Below are positions 1 through 9,311 of a stretch of DNA of 30,197 nucleotides, piece after piece. The notes beneath the pieces were generated by a model. The model saw nothing but the letters and a program-made list of their open reading frames with translations. It was not told the DNA's origin and did not search any database. A program made the translations under genes and the position numbers. The number at the start of each line of letters is the position of its first letter. Position 1 is the stretch's first letter. Source of the DNA: a virus (lineage: Duplodnaviria; Caudoviricetes); IMG/VR virus record IMGVR_UViG_3300036446_000027, positions 1-30,197 of that record, one strand, 5' to 3'.

Positions 1-996
1 GGGAGCGTTGGGAGGACTGTATCCTTCAATTAGACCACCTGGTCCAGTGTGCGGTTTGATTCCCGCAAAAGGCATCTGGTTTTCGGCAATCGTCACGGTT
101 TTATGGCCCCCCGTATTCCATACGGCATTGTATCCTGCGTCCCATATCCCATCGCCCGGATCAGCGTTGCGTCGATCGTAACCGAAAAATGTGCGTCCGG
201 CCACATCATCGCAAATTTTAAAGCCGAGCATGTCCCATCTTCCAAGGCCGTTTGCATCAAAGCGATCACTCAGCGCCTTGAATATTTTGACTTCTCCTAT
301 ACCTGTCACTGCACGCTTGAGTACATCTTTGTAGCGCTGTGAGGTGTAGGGATTGAACAAGATGAAAGGTGCAGCTGGAGCTACGAGCGAAAAGGTGCCA
401 TCACTCTTCAAGTAAACTGGCCACTGACCTGCGTATGCCGGGGTGCTTACGATGACGTTGTCGAACTTGACCACTCCCGCAGAAATAACCAGGGTATTCC
501 CCACCACATTACTTGCGTCGCACCCTTTCAAAATGATTGAGGATTCAAAACCGATAAGAGCGAGAAGCTGATCTGCAACCCTCTTGACCGCTTTGGTAGA
601 TGCAAGAACATCACTGTCATCAGCGACATGATTATCTGATTTAAACCTGCGGAGTTCAGAAAACAAGAAGCCGCCGGTAACTGCAAGTCTTGCTCTCTTT
701 GTATAATACACCGGCTTTGACGAGCCGTCCGCAAACGTTTCATTCTCGATCAACTCTTCGATGATCACACGAGGACTTATAGCGCCGCCGACGAAAGGCA
801 TCAGTTCGCCATCTACCACTATCCATCCGCTGGAAATAGAGTCAGCAAGTATACTTACGCCCGACAGGATCAGTTTTGTACCAAGCGATAATGCCAGTGC
901 GCCGAAAGCATCGCGGTAACTGGTCTGCATGAAGTCAAGCGTATCCTGGTACGTATTGAGTCCATCGTTGAGTGTAAGGTTGAGCCTCCTATTCAT
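1..996 (-). CDS. Tail fibre protein, 3' end truncated by the window edge (missing from the ORF track)
   Basis: Hand translation from ATG at 996 (overlaps the stop of 993..1481) is open to base 1: MNRRLNLTLNDGLNTYQDTLDFMQTSY...GWIVVDGELMPFVGG...VAGRTFFGYD...GGHKTVTIAENQMP. The last motif resembles tail collar/short-fibre sequences, and the gene follows the baseplate genes. Confidence 0.75.
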   Translation of the reverse strand, partial: MNRRLNLTLNDGLNTYQDTLDFMQTSYRDAFGALALSLGTKLILSGVSILADSISSGWIVVDGELMPFVGGAISPRVIIEELIENETFADGSSKPVYYTKRARLAVTGGFLFSELRRFKSDNHVADDSDVLASTKAVKRVADQLLALIGFESSIILKGCDASNVVGNTLVISAGVVKFDNVIVSTPAYAGQWPVYLKSDGTFSLVAPAAPFILFNPYTSQRYKDVLKRAVTGIGEVKIFKALSDRFDANGLGRWDMLGFKICDDVAGRTFFGYDRRNADPGDGIWDAGYNAVWNTGGHKTVTIAENQMPFAGIKPHTGPGGLIEGYSPPNAP

Positions 997-1481
997 ACAA
1001 TTTTCACTTTGAATTTTTTGCTTGCGAGTTTGTAAGAATTCACAAATGCGGTGAGTTCGTTTAAGTCGAATGCGATCAGCACAGAGACCTCGATCACGAA
1101 GTCGGCCCCGAACTTTGAAGTCTCGCTTTTCGTGTAATACACTTGTCCTTTGCCTTCAGATCGTCTGAAGAGTCCAAGCGGTTTGCTTTCTACTTTTCTA
1201 TAGAGCGGTATCCCTTCAAATTCTTTTGCATCGACAATTCGTATTCTTCTCTGAGCGATGTCATAGCGATCGTTAAGCGCTTTCTCCAGATAGCATACCT
1301 GCGGAGTGATTGCAAGCCTGTATATCGCCAGACGACGAAACGCCAGAACATCATTGTACATCCGAATCACCGGCGAAATCAAAGCGACTAGCCATGCAAT
1401 CATGTATCGCCTGCGCAGCACACTTGGCAGTAGCCAAATGACCAGCTTCTTAAAATCGATATTGTACTTATTGAATGGCAC
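993..1481 (-). CDS. Baseplate wedge protein (P2 gpI / Mu gp48-like by position)
   Basis: 162 aa, LLPSVLRR...QVCYLEKALNDRYD; lies directly after the baseplate J-like gene. Confidence 0.6.
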   Translation of the reverse strand: MPFNKYNIDFKKLVIWLLPSVLRRRYMIAWLVALISPVIRMYNDVLAFRRLAIYRLAITPQVCYLEKALNDRYDIAQRRIRIVDAKEFEGIPLYRKVESKPLGLFRRSEGKGQVYYTKSETSKFGADFVIEVSVLIAFDLNELTAFVNSYKLASKKFKVKIV

Positions 1482-2325
1482 TGCGTGGGATGTATTGAAT
1501 GGTTAAGTCAAGCGCGTTGTGAAAGCGCAGGTATCCACTATCCGGATCGTATTCGACTGACACCGCAGCAAACGGCAATTCTCCGTACGTCGCATAGCTT
1601 TCATCGAGCACCGCATTTACTACCCCTTCTACTTTTTGCACCGCATCGATATGATAAGTGTTCACGAACGTTCCGTTGAACGGCAGGTTCTTCAGATAAT
1701 TTTTGATGGCGCTTTCAGCAGGTTTGTTTTCTAGGCCATCTACTCGGTTGCCTTCTGCGGTGATGATGAGCGGATCGTAGTAAATTCTCCATGATTGCTT
1801 GAGCTTATCAGCAGGCAGACTATCGATGAGCAGTACTACGCCTGCATCTTTGATTCGTTTAAAGTACTCGCGAAGAGCGGAGAGCTGCGGTGCGGTTAGT
1901 GGAGTAAGGTCCACGCCATTTGTCGCGGCAACCTTTATGCGAAGCACTGGCCTTCCGGAAGCAGACACTTGCTCAACGACCGCAGCATATGCTACGATTT
2001 TGCTTGCTTCAATTTGCTGTTCATTATATCCTGTATTGTCAAAAAGATCGCTGTCGGCAAGTAGGTTGAAGCCATATTGAAACGACTTTGCCTTCTCTGC
2101 ATACCACCGTAGTGTGTGAGGCTTGAGCCGCGAGATATTGTCGTTGATTTCAACTCGCAGCGCATCGTAGATTCTTTCCACCGTCCCAAAACAAAAGGCA
2201 ACGATGTATGTCCACAATCTCCATAGAGAAGTCCTGCTACTGCTCGAAAGCTGCGGTTGCAAACTGCTGTCACTTTGAACAGCTGTTATGATCTCTTCCT
2301 GAATTTCTTTTGTCGTTCTTGCCAT
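1468..2325 (-). CDS. Baseplate J / Mu gp47-like wedge protein
   Basis: 285 aa, MARTTKEIQEEI...WRLWTYIVA...YFKRIKDAGV...HIDAVQKVEGV; the C-terminus resembles baseplate J proteins; tail module context. Confidence 0.7.
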   Translation of the reverse strand: MARTTKEIQEEIITAVQSDSSLQPQLSSSSRTSLWRLWTYIVAFCFGTVERIYDALRVEINDNISRLKPHTLRWYAEKAKSFQYGFNLLADSDLFDNTGYNEQQIEASKIVAYAAVVEQVSASGRPVLRIKVAATNGVDLTPLTAPQLSALREYFKRIKDAGVVLLIDSLPADKLKQSWRIYYDPLIITAEGNRVDGLENKPAESAIKNYLKNLPFNGTFVNTYHIDAVQKVEGVVNAVLDESYATYGELPFAAVSVEYDPDSGYLRFHNALDLTIQYIPRSAIQ

Positions 2326-2328
2326 TTG

Positions 2329-2613
2329 TTAGCTGATTACAAAGTCTATTTCGATTGCCCAGTATTCCAATCCTCCCTGCGCATCCTCCACTGCTACAAG
2401 CGATCCTGTCACGGGCTTGTGCCCACCATCACTCAAAAACTTTACACGGCTTGTATCGATGGCATCAGGCATATCTACTTCTTGGCCTGCCGCTACCTCT
2501 GAGGTCACATCGATGTCGTTAAGCTCCGCTATATCGAAAAGCGCATCGGCAGTGCCGCAGTGCTGCATAGCCAGATCAAGAATCGTTTGGTGCTTTTCAA
2601 TTACGTGTTTCAT
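2329..2613 (-). CDS. LysM-like / P2 gpX-like small baseplate protein
   Basis: HVIEKHQTILDLAMQHCGTADALFDIAELNDI...AGQEVDMP matches a LysM-like pattern. Confidence 0.7.
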   Translation of the reverse strand: MKHVIEKHQTILDLAMQHCGTADALFDIAELNDIDVTSEVAAGQEVDMPDAIDTSRVKFLSDGGHKPVTGSLVAVEDAQGGLEYWAIEIDFVIS

Positions 2614-2894
2614 TTGTAAGGCGCATCAATGATGATCGAGTCACTGCTTAATTCAATTTTGTTTACACGCATGCCGTCTCTCTCAAACTCCTTTTTTATC
2701 TCAGTCAACAACCCACTGTTGTCCTCGTCCTTTAAAAATCGCTGTACACCGACTGCGATAGTGGGATCTTCCTTCCAATCTCCTTTGTTCGTTACCAGTA
2801 GCAGCTGCTGGTGCTGCTCGGTTGAATCACCAACAACGAAGTCGCCGTTTTCAAATGACACGTCAAGACTGCTATTGATCTTTATGTCCTTCAT
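2610..2894 (-). CDS. gp25 / gpW / Mu gp46-like baseplate (sheath initiator) protein
   Basis: 94 aa, NGDFVVGDSTEQHQQLLL..KGDWKEDPTIAVGV; position in the baseplate cluster. Confidence 0.65.
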   Translation of the reverse strand: MKDIKINSSLDVSFENGDFVVGDSTEQHQQLLLVTNKGDWKEDPTIAVGVQRFLKDEDNSGLLTEIKKEFERDGMRVNKIELSSDSIIIDAPYK

Positions 2895-3103
2895 TGTACT
2901 GAGTGATTGAAAACTCCTGTTACTGCTCCGCTTGGTGCCACCAAACCGTTGTCGTAAGTGATCTTAAGCGCCTTGATCTCTTCAACGATTGCAGTTGCAA
3001 GCTTCTCAGCAATGCGGTTTCGAGCCGCATCCGAATCCTCCACTTCAGCGCTCTCATCGAAGGCATCGCTGATCTTTGTTTTCAGTCGATTTACATCAAG
3101 CAT
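2891..3103 (-). CDS. Small hypothetical baseplate-region protein
   Basis: 70 aa ORF overlapping both neighbours; ends in GLVAPSGAVTG. Confidence 0.6.
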   Translation of the reverse strand: MLDVNRLKTKISDAFDESAEVEDSDAARNRIAEKLATAIVEEIKALKITYDNGLVAPSGAVTGVFNHSVQ

Positions 3104-3602
3104 CTTTCAAAAGGTTTTTAAACCGGTCCTTCAGTTCTTCGTATCTCTGTTTCGATTCAGGTGTCAGCTCAATCGTAGGCCCGTAGTTGGTCGCGTGCCG
3201 CTCCACAAGTATTGCATCCAGCAGCGCAACCATCAGTCCTTGCAAATCATCGCTTCCCTTCTGAAGAAGAAAGCCGCCAGAGTCCTGCACGAACCGAGTT
3301 TGGCCGGTCAGTGATTTGACTGTTTGAATTGCTTCTACTGCCAGCACTACGTATTCTTCTCCCTTCTCAATTTTCCCGATCATCACAGTGCTTCCGACTG
3401 CTGGCACAATGATGAAGTGATCGGAGTCCTTTACTACAGATTTCAACCTCACGTCCTCCATCACAAGTCCGCTTTCCCACTCTACCTGAGCCGTGTCATC
3501 TTCATTGATCGCAACCACTTTCACTGCATGGATTACAACCGGCCCAAACGCATCTGAAAAGTTGCCCAACTGCTCCTTAATATCTTCGGTTGCTTTGTCC
3601 AT
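3096..3602 (-). CDS. Baseplate spike protein (P2 gpV / Mu gp45-like)
   Basis: OB-fold-like N-terminus (VKVVAINEDDTAQV...IVPAVGSTVMIG) and C-terminal HATNYGPT; follows the hub gene. Confidence 0.65.
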   Translation of the reverse strand: MDKATEDIKEQLGNFSDAFGPVVIHAVKVVAINEDDTAQVEWESGLVMEDVRLKSVVKDSDHFIIVPAVGSTVMIGKIEKGEEYVVLAVEAIQTVKSLTGQTRFVQDSGGFLLQKGSDDLQGLMVALLDAILVERHATNYGPTIELTPESKQRYEELKDRFKNLLKDA

Positions 3603-4573
3603 TAGCTTAGTTTTTCTCCGATGCCAACGATTCGCCTGGCTCCACTTGTTCCGTACGTCACCTCAATGCTTTCCACCACATAGTTGCCTGATCGCTCCGG
3701 GTATTTGCGGTCCTGAAGCACTGCACGGTAGCCGGGCTCACAGTATGGCTGCAAAAATGCAGTGATGCGACCCTCGTATCCATCGTAGCTCAATTTGTTT
3801 TGCTGCTTTGCTGCCATCGCATTGAGCGTTGCCTGATCTGTCACGTTTGCATTTTTGATCTTCTTCACTTCGCCGTTCTGGCCAGCCTTGCCAGTCACCT
3901 TTGTGCCGTCCGCTTTCTCTCCGACGATGTGAATGATTACCTGCTGATTCTTCGCTTCACGCAGCTTCAGGTTGCCATCTTTGATGACATTCCATCCGAG
4001 TCGGTATTTCACATCGGCCTTGTGCTTAAGGAGTCGAAGGCCACCGTAGAGTTCTTTGCCGGTGAAGAAGAAATCAACTAGCAAATGCTTCTTCATGTCC
4101 TCAAGAACCTCCGTGCCGCTTTGCGAATGCATGGTCCACTTTGCAATCTTTAGTTCCGGGATCAGTGGAGAGAGCGTTATATCGGTTCCTTCGACCAGGT
4201 GCGCGAGCAGTTCTTTCAGCGTCGTGTTTTTAAAGCGTTTTAAGTACTGCTTTTTGCGCAGCTGATAGCTGTAGCCTTCGCATTCAATCTCCACCGGTGT
4301 CGTGAAATTTACCCGGCTTACAAAGCCTATAAATTCGTTTTTCAAAGAGCCGTTGTAGCCAAGATCAATTCGAACCTCGTCACCTTCCTTTATCAGCTTT
4401 GCAGTATCAGTGGACATTGTTACAATGGTTCCAGCTTGCTTTAGTCTTGCTGTTGATGGAACTTTCACGGTTGCCCGGTCCACGTAGCTGAATAAGCTCT
4501 TCTGAATCTTTACCTCGTGAGGTTTTATTTTTTTGTAACCTCCAATGGTGATATCGCTTGTTAGTACAAACAC
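3602..4573 (-). CDS. Baseplate hub protein (P2 gpD / Mu gp44-like)
   Basis: 323 aa, GTG start; GDEVRIDLGYNG..NEFIGFV, YDGYEGRITAFLQPYCEPG, GNYVVESIEVTYG are hub-like motifs. Confidence 0.8.
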   Translation of the reverse strand: MFVLTSDITIGGYKKIKPHEVKIQKSLFSYVDRATVKVPSTARLKQAGTIVTMSTDTAKLIKEGDEVRIDLGYNGSLKNEFIGFVSRVNFTTPVEIECEGYSYQLRKKQYLKRFKNTTLKELLAHLVEGTDITLSPLIPELKIAKWTMHSQSGTEVLEDMKKHLLVDFFFTGKELYGGLRLLKHKADVKYRLGWNVIKDGNLKLREAKNQQVIIHIVGEKADGTKVTGKAGQNGEVKKIKNANVTDQATLNAMAAKQQNKLSYDGYEGRITAFLQPYCEPGYRAVLQDRKYPERSGNYVVESIEVTYGTSGARRIVGIGEKLS

Positions 4574-5119
4574 TTATGTTATTTCCAGTTCATATACTTG
4601 ATCGCTTTCCAGTTCTATCTCATATGGCTTGGAATGCTCGATGCCGGCAACTGCCGGAAAACTCATCGACCGCAGCACTACCTTTTGTTGATATGTCCCT
4701 TTGAGAAACACATCGGTCAGCGCACATTCGAGTGTCATGGCTTGGTTGATTGTCCGCAGCCTTTCCAGTTCGATCAGCTCCTCCTCCGGAAATTGATTGT
4801 CCGGCCTGATGATGATCCCTTTGATGTTGATCGCATAGTCTTCAGCAGTAATAAATTCCTTTACCGATCCTGGTCGTTCGGGAAGAACCGTTGAAACGAT
4901 TAGATTTTTCGCCGCAATACTGATGATTGCAAAAGGCAGCAGGTAACCATTAAGCTTCACCGGCAGAAAGAATTCACGACCGAAACTGTCGGTTGTGTAC
5001 ATCGGAGCGCCGAGACGTGACGTTTCCTTGCGACCAGGTGAATTTGGTATGGCAAATTCAGCCGGTGGTTCGTAGCCGAATGCTGATTGAAACAAGTCTC
5101 GTATGTTGAATTCTGCCAT
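4574..5119 (-). CDS. Tail tube initiator-like protein (DUF6046-like)
   Basis: IVSTVLPERPGSVKEFITAEDYAINIKG...YEIELESD; lies between tape measure and hub genes. Confidence 0.65.
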   Translation of the reverse strand: MAEFNIRDLFQSAFGYEPPAEFAIPNSPGRKETSRLGAPMYTTDSFGREFFLPVKLNGYLLPFAIISIAAKNLIVSTVLPERPGSVKEFITAEDYAINIKGIIIRPDNQFPEEELIELERLRTINQAMTLECALTDVFLKGTYQQKVVLRSMSFPAVAGIEHSKPYEIELESDQVYELEIT

Positions 5120-5120
5120 C

Positions 5121-6950
5121 TTATGCGTTTGCTGCTCCGTTGATTGAATAAAGAACCCGCCTCAATTCTTCCTTGACCATCTTACCCAATTCGTCTATTC
5201 CCTCTTTCATGTTTACGGTATGCACTTCGAATCGTTCTACCTGCTTCCCTATATTGATGATGATTGGTCGAGAGCCGCCATTGTTGATGCTATCCGCTTT
5301 TGATTTTGTCGAATCGTCCACTGACTTATGCAGCGATGCAAATACACTCTTATCCGGCGCGCCGTTCGCGGTGTTGGGGTTCACTCCTTTGGCTTTGCCG
5401 TTCTTCTTTGTGCTGAAGTCAACTTTAGCCCACTCGGACTTAATGAGTGCGACGTCATTCACCATCGACTGAGTGAATCCACTCATCGTCTTCTTGTGAT
5501 TTTCCTGTAAGGCTTTAAGTTCTTTGGATGCAGCAGTCTCGATTGGCGCAGTAGCGGTTTTCCATGCCTGCGACCAATCGCCATTGGTGGCGAGCTCGAA
5601 GGCTTTCATCACATTTAAAAACTTGCCTTCGATCTGCTGAAAAAAGTCTTTCATTTTTAGCCATGCGACTTCACCGAAGTAGGTTATCTGCTCCCACATC
5701 ATTTTAAACGGCGTGACGGCCAGGCGACCGAATGCCTTGATTATTTCCCACAACGACTTCAAGCTGTCGCCCCAGTTTTTATTTGCTTTGACCATCGCCT
5801 GAACCCAGAAAAATGCAGCTGCTACGAGAGATATGATCAGAAGAATTGGATTCGCCTTCATCACAGTATTAAGCACAAGCTGAACTGCTGCCCAGGCTTT
5901 CTTTGCCCAGGTGATTCCATAGATGCTAACGGTAAGCACTCCGACGACGCTCGCAATCCCGATAATCGTAGGAGTACTGTTTACTGCCGCCGTTGCTAGG
6001 TGAACCAGCCATTTGACAGCAGGCTTCATTGCTTCGCCGAGAGCGAGAAGTCGCACCTTAGCATTATCAAGCAGCGTGCTCCATTTGCCGGTCAACGTCT
6101 CACTTTGCTTTTTCATCATCTCATAGAACCTTCCACCTGGTCCGGTGGCATTCTGCATTGCTACAGCAACCATCTCCGAAGAGATAGCGCCCTTTTCCAT
6201 TGCCTCGCGAAGCTTCGACATTTTGATGCCGGTGATCCCTGCGATCTCTTGCAATGGATTCCAGCCCGTATTGATGAATTGAAGGAGGTCCTGTCCTTGT
6301 AATTTTTCAGCCGCATGTACTTGTCCGTATACGAGTGCGAGTGAACGAAGTTTCTCAGCATTGCCCCCACTGATGTCACCGAGTTGTCGAAGCGTTGGAA
6401 GTATCTTTTCACCCGCGACGCCAAAGCCAAGCAGCGTTTGAGATGCTCCAGTCAAGTCGCCTGTTTCAAACGGAGTCACACTAGCTTCAGCTCGCAGGCT
6501 GTCAAGCAATTTGTTGCCAGCAGCCTTGCTGCCGGTCATGACCTCAAAACTGATTTGCTGTTGCTCAAACTGCGCCGCCTGTCCAATGGTTCCCCTGCCT
6601 AGCTCCAGCACTCCGAGTCCAGCAAGAAGTCCTCCGACCATACCACCCTGTCCGCCTCGCGATCTGCCTTTGTTTTCCATCCGATCGATTTGCTGTTCGA
6701 GCCTGCGCGCTTCCCTGGTTGCATCCGAGAATACCGAAGCGATCCGGGTATTCATGCGTACGTCATTAACTCGCCTTAGCTTCTCATGCAGATCGGAAAG
6801 TGATGATCCCATCGATCTGCTGGCCGACTGAATTTTATTGAAGTCTGTAGTGATGCGAGCCGTTGACGAATCGGCAGCGGTCGCAGCAGCTTTCATCGCA
6901 GGAGAAAACTGATCTACAAGTTTCAATATGAATTCAAGTGCGTTGGCCAT
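5121..6950 (-). CDS. Tail tape measure protein
   Basis: 609 aa; tape-measure domain motifs (FEQQQISFEVMTGS..A...TPFE...LRQLGDISGG...LQGQDLLQF) and hydrophobic segments. Confidence 0.92.
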   Translation of the reverse strand: MANALEFILKLVDQFSPAMKAAATAADSSTARITTDFNKIQSASRSMGSSLSDLHEKLRRVNDVRMNTRIASVFSDATREARRLEQQIDRMENKGRSRGGQGGMVGGLLAGLGVLELGRGTIGQAAQFEQQQISFEVMTGSKAAGNKLLDSLRAEASVTPFETGDLTGASQTLLGFGVAGEKILPTLRQLGDISGGNAEKLRSLALVYGQVHAAEKLQGQDLLQFINTGWNPLQEIAGITGIKMSKLREAMEKGAISSEMVAVAMQNATGPGGRFYEMMKKQSETLTGKWSTLLDNAKVRLLALGEAMKPAVKWLVHLATAAVNSTPTIIGIASVVGVLTVSIYGITWAKKAWAAVQLVLNTVMKANPILLIISLVAAAFFWVQAMVKANKNWGDSLKSLWEIIKAFGRLAVTPFKMMWEQITYFGEVAWLKMKDFFQQIEGKFLNVMKAFELATNGDWSQAWKTATAPIETAASKELKALQENHKKTMSGFTQSMVNDVALIKSEWAKVDFSTKKNGKAKGVNPNTANGAPDKSVFASLHKSVDDSTKSKADSINNGGSRPIIINIGKQVERFEVHTVNMKEGIDELGKMVKEELRRVLYSINGAANA

Positions 6951-6963
6951 CTGTCCGTTTGGT

Positions 6964-6991
6964 GCCGCCCGGCACAGGTTGGCCGGGCGGC
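6964..6991. repeat. Perfect 10-bp GC-rich inverted repeat just upstream of the tape measure start
   Basis: GCCGCCCGGC-ACAGGTTG-GCCGGGCGGC. Confidence 0.85.
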
Positions 6992-7025
6992 GGTCATCTT
7001 ACATTTCGCGGTTGTTCTATAAAGT

Positions 7026-7058
7026 CAAAAAGCCCTGTCCATCACTGGAGGGGCTTTC
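7026..7058 (-). terminator. Intrinsic terminator-like hairpin after the tail chaperone extension
   Basis: Minus strand reads AAAGCCC-CTCCAGTGATGGACA-GGGCTTT-TTG, a stem running into a U tract. Confidence 0.5.
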
Positions 7059-7227
7059 CTTTTTCGTTTTTACGAATGTCTTCTAAGATCGCATAGTATT
7101 CAGCCCATTCCTCGTCGGTTAAAATCGACGGGTCAATGCCAAGGTGGTAACGCAACTGGCAATCGATGTAGCGGACAAAATTCTTTCCGTTAATCGCGCC
7201 CTTCGCGTTTTTTAAAGCTCCCCCAGC
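7042..7227 (-). CDS. Tail assembly chaperone C-terminal extension (lambda gpT-like) in the -1 frame; not in the ORF track
   Basis: The -1 frame is open from 7227 to TGA at 7042: ...LKNAKGAINGKNFVRYIDCQLRYHLGIDPSILTDEEWAEYYAILEDIRKNEKGKPLQ. It has no ATG and occupies the canonical position between chaperone and tape measure. Confidence 0.7.
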   Translation of the reverse strand, partial: AGGALKNAKGAINGKNFVRYIDCQLRYHLGIDPSILTDEEWAEYYAILEDIRKNEKGKPLQ

Positions 7228-7529
7228 TCACCCTTTTTCTTATCCATCAATGCTTCGACATGGTCGATCAGTCCGAAATAATATCGGTCCTCTGTGCGAA
7301 TGGCTTCATCGCCACCAAGCCATATCTTCTTCACTACCTCTTCATTAAACTTTGCCGGACTCGTCGACACCTTCGATGCGGCAACGCTGTAAGTGTCGCG
7401 GTCCACCGGCTTCATGTAGCAAATCCGGTTTTCAGTCGTGTATGTGAACACCTTTGAGATTTTGTGCTCTTCTTTCCATCTAGCAATCTGGTCGGCATCC
7501 ACCTGACCAATAAGGTTCTGTTTTTCCAT
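7212..7529 (-). CDS. Tail assembly chaperone (lambda gpG-like)
   Basis: 105 aa, QIARWKEEH...ICYMKPVDR...IWLGGDEAI; lies between tube and tape measure genes. Confidence 0.8.
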   Translation of the reverse strand: MEKQNLIGQVDADQIARWKEEHKISKVFTYTTENRICYMKPVDRDTYSVAASKVSTSPAKFNEEVVKKIWLGGDEAIRTEDRYYFGLIDHVEALMDKKKGELGEL

Positions 7530-7568
7530 GAGTGTAGTTTTATTGTTGAAGCGAGTTTGAGCCGTTCT

Positions 7569-7991
7569 TTAGCGCTGTTTCAGCCGCAGGCATATGAAGG
7601 GAAGTGTGACCTCTCTAAACTTGTCCCCCTGCTTCATACCGTCTTCGAATTCCGTGAAGTCAACCGCGATACACGAATCCGTTCTGAGCTTACCATCTTT
7701 CTCATAAACACAAGTAATGTCAATCGCGGTTCCTGGAACGTCCGTGATGTCCTGGTATCCGGCGGCGCGAGCTGCTGCATTCATATCATCGAAGTCACTT
7801 TTGAGCAGCATCAGCGTCCCTTCATACTTTTTGTTTCCGCGCTGAATAGCCTTCGGTTCGTTGCCTTGTCCATACACCGGTTCCTTCTCCTGGCTTTTCT
7901 TGTAGGTCAGCCCGCGAAGGCCGGTCAACTCTCTGCCAAGCACTGAAACCTTTGTATCGGCGTATTCAAATTCCCGTGAGTCAAAAGACAT
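7569..7991 (-). CDS. Tail tube protein
   Basis: 140 aa, FDSREFEYAD...EKEPVYGQGNEPKAIQRGNKKYEG; follows the sheath gene. Confidence 0.85.
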   Translation of the reverse strand: MSFDSREFEYADTKVSVLGRELTGLRGLTYKKSQEKEPVYGQGNEPKAIQRGNKKYEGTLMLLKSDFDDMNAAARAAGYQDITDVPGTAIDITCVYEKDGKLRTDSCIAVDFTEFEDGMKQGDKFREVTLPFICLRLKQR

Positions 7992-8026
7992 AATATGATT
8001 GTGTTACTGGTGAACGAATGATTGTG

Positions 8027-9253
8027 TTATACTCCGAGTCCTAGGAATATGTCGATGTACTTCAAACAACCTTTTGGACGCAGCTTCACAAACACATATA
8101 CTTTGTTGGTTGCAAGAATGTTGAAATTCGGGTTGGAGATATTGTTTAGTTGGTACAGTGTTGCATGCTGCGTCGGGCTAGGATTCACCAAGCATTCAAC
8201 AGCACTGCTGCCGTCAATCTTTTTGCTGAGCTGTGAACGCATCTGCGCATCGATCGCGCTTTCAATCTTCGTCTCAAGCGCTTTCTCAACAACTGGGCTA
8301 AGCCTTCCGTTTTCATCCACATCAACGTCCTCCTTCAGCTCTTCGTAGTATGCTGAATATGCAATTCGAACCGCATTATCGATTACACGGCCATGACGCA
8401 GGCTGTTGTAATCATCGGACAACGCAGTAAGCATGTTGTCGTCGGTAAATATGTAACCGGGTGCTGTTTGGTTCCGCTCAAAGCTGATGTAGCGTTTGTC
8501 ATAAAGCGTGTCCAAGTCAACGCTGTCAATGTTTTCGAGCACTGCTGCGCCAAGCTTTACCACTGCGTTGGCAGCAATAGCGAGGGACTTACTTTTTACC
8601 CGACCGATGTTTCTTTGAGGCTCTTCCTTCGAAGCGCGACCAAGCGCCATCAAAGTTGCAAGCGCTGTGCTGTCCGAAATGCTACCGACTACAACTGCGA
8701 CATTTCGCTTCGTGTCATTGGCATAGTCTTTAGCCGCACCAACAGTAGAAAACTCATACCCCTGTATCAGTGCGCGGAATGGCTTTCGGTTCGTTAACCA
8801 CGTATCCGCGAGCGTTTGCATTGCAGTAACTGCATCGTGTACGTCGCTGTCAAATCCGTTGGCGATAACCGGCACATATGAACCTGCGGGAAATTTAATT
8901 GCTGCAAGAATTCGGATCGCTCCATTGGCGAAATTCAGAAGTGCGCCTGCAATGCCTGCCACGGACATTTGCGTAAGCGATGTCGCCTGAGCAACACAAA
9001 TCACATACAGCGTTGAGCCTTCCGGAGCTTCAGCAAAGAAGCCTTTCGTGATGGCGTCCAGGACAAGTGCATTCGTCGGTGCTGCAAAAGCAGTTTCGGC
9101 CTGCTTCTTTGACTTCAGAATGAAGGGAACGGCATAACCAGCGGCGGGAGCCGCAGGCGAGGCAATAACCACGCCTGCTACGCCGAATTGATTTAGCGCC
9201 TGTCCGCCCAGGTTTCCGTTCGATAGGAAGATTTTTGCATCCGGTCTTGGCAT
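8027..9253 (-). CDS. Tail sheath protein (DUF2586-like)
   Basis: 408 aa, NGNLG N-terminus, PQRNIGRVK, DDYNSLRHGRVIDNAVR, C-terminal LRPKGCLKYIDIFLG. Confidence 0.85.
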   Translation of the reverse strand: MPRPDAKIFLSNGNLGGQALNQFGVAGVVIASPAAPAAGYAVPFILKSKKQAETAFAAPTNALVLDAITKGFFAEAPEGSTLYVICVAQATSLTQMSVAGIAGALLNFANGAIRILAAIKFPAGSYVPVIANGFDSDVHDAVTAMQTLADTWLTNRKPFRALIQGYEFSTVGAAKDYANDTKRNVAVVVGSISDSTALATLMALGRASKEEPQRNIGRVKSKSLAIAANAVVKLGAAVLENIDSVDLDTLYDKRYISFERNQTAPGYIFTDDNMLTALSDDYNSLRHGRVIDNAVRIAYSAYYEELKEDVDVDENGRLSPVVEKALETKIESAIDAQMRSQLSKKIDGSSAVECLVNPSPTQHATLYQLNNISNPNFNILATNKVYVFVKLRPKGCLKYIDIFLGLGV

Positions 9254-9311
9254 AGAATACGAATAATTATTTGATATGATGTTGTGATCTGATCAGCTGA
9301 ACGAGGTACTC

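Noticed and set aside
1-996. Tail fibre diversification by a DGR or invertase
   Set aside because: No reverse transcriptase, template/variable repeat pair or invertase is visible. The fibre's 3' end lies outside the window, so this cannot be assessed.
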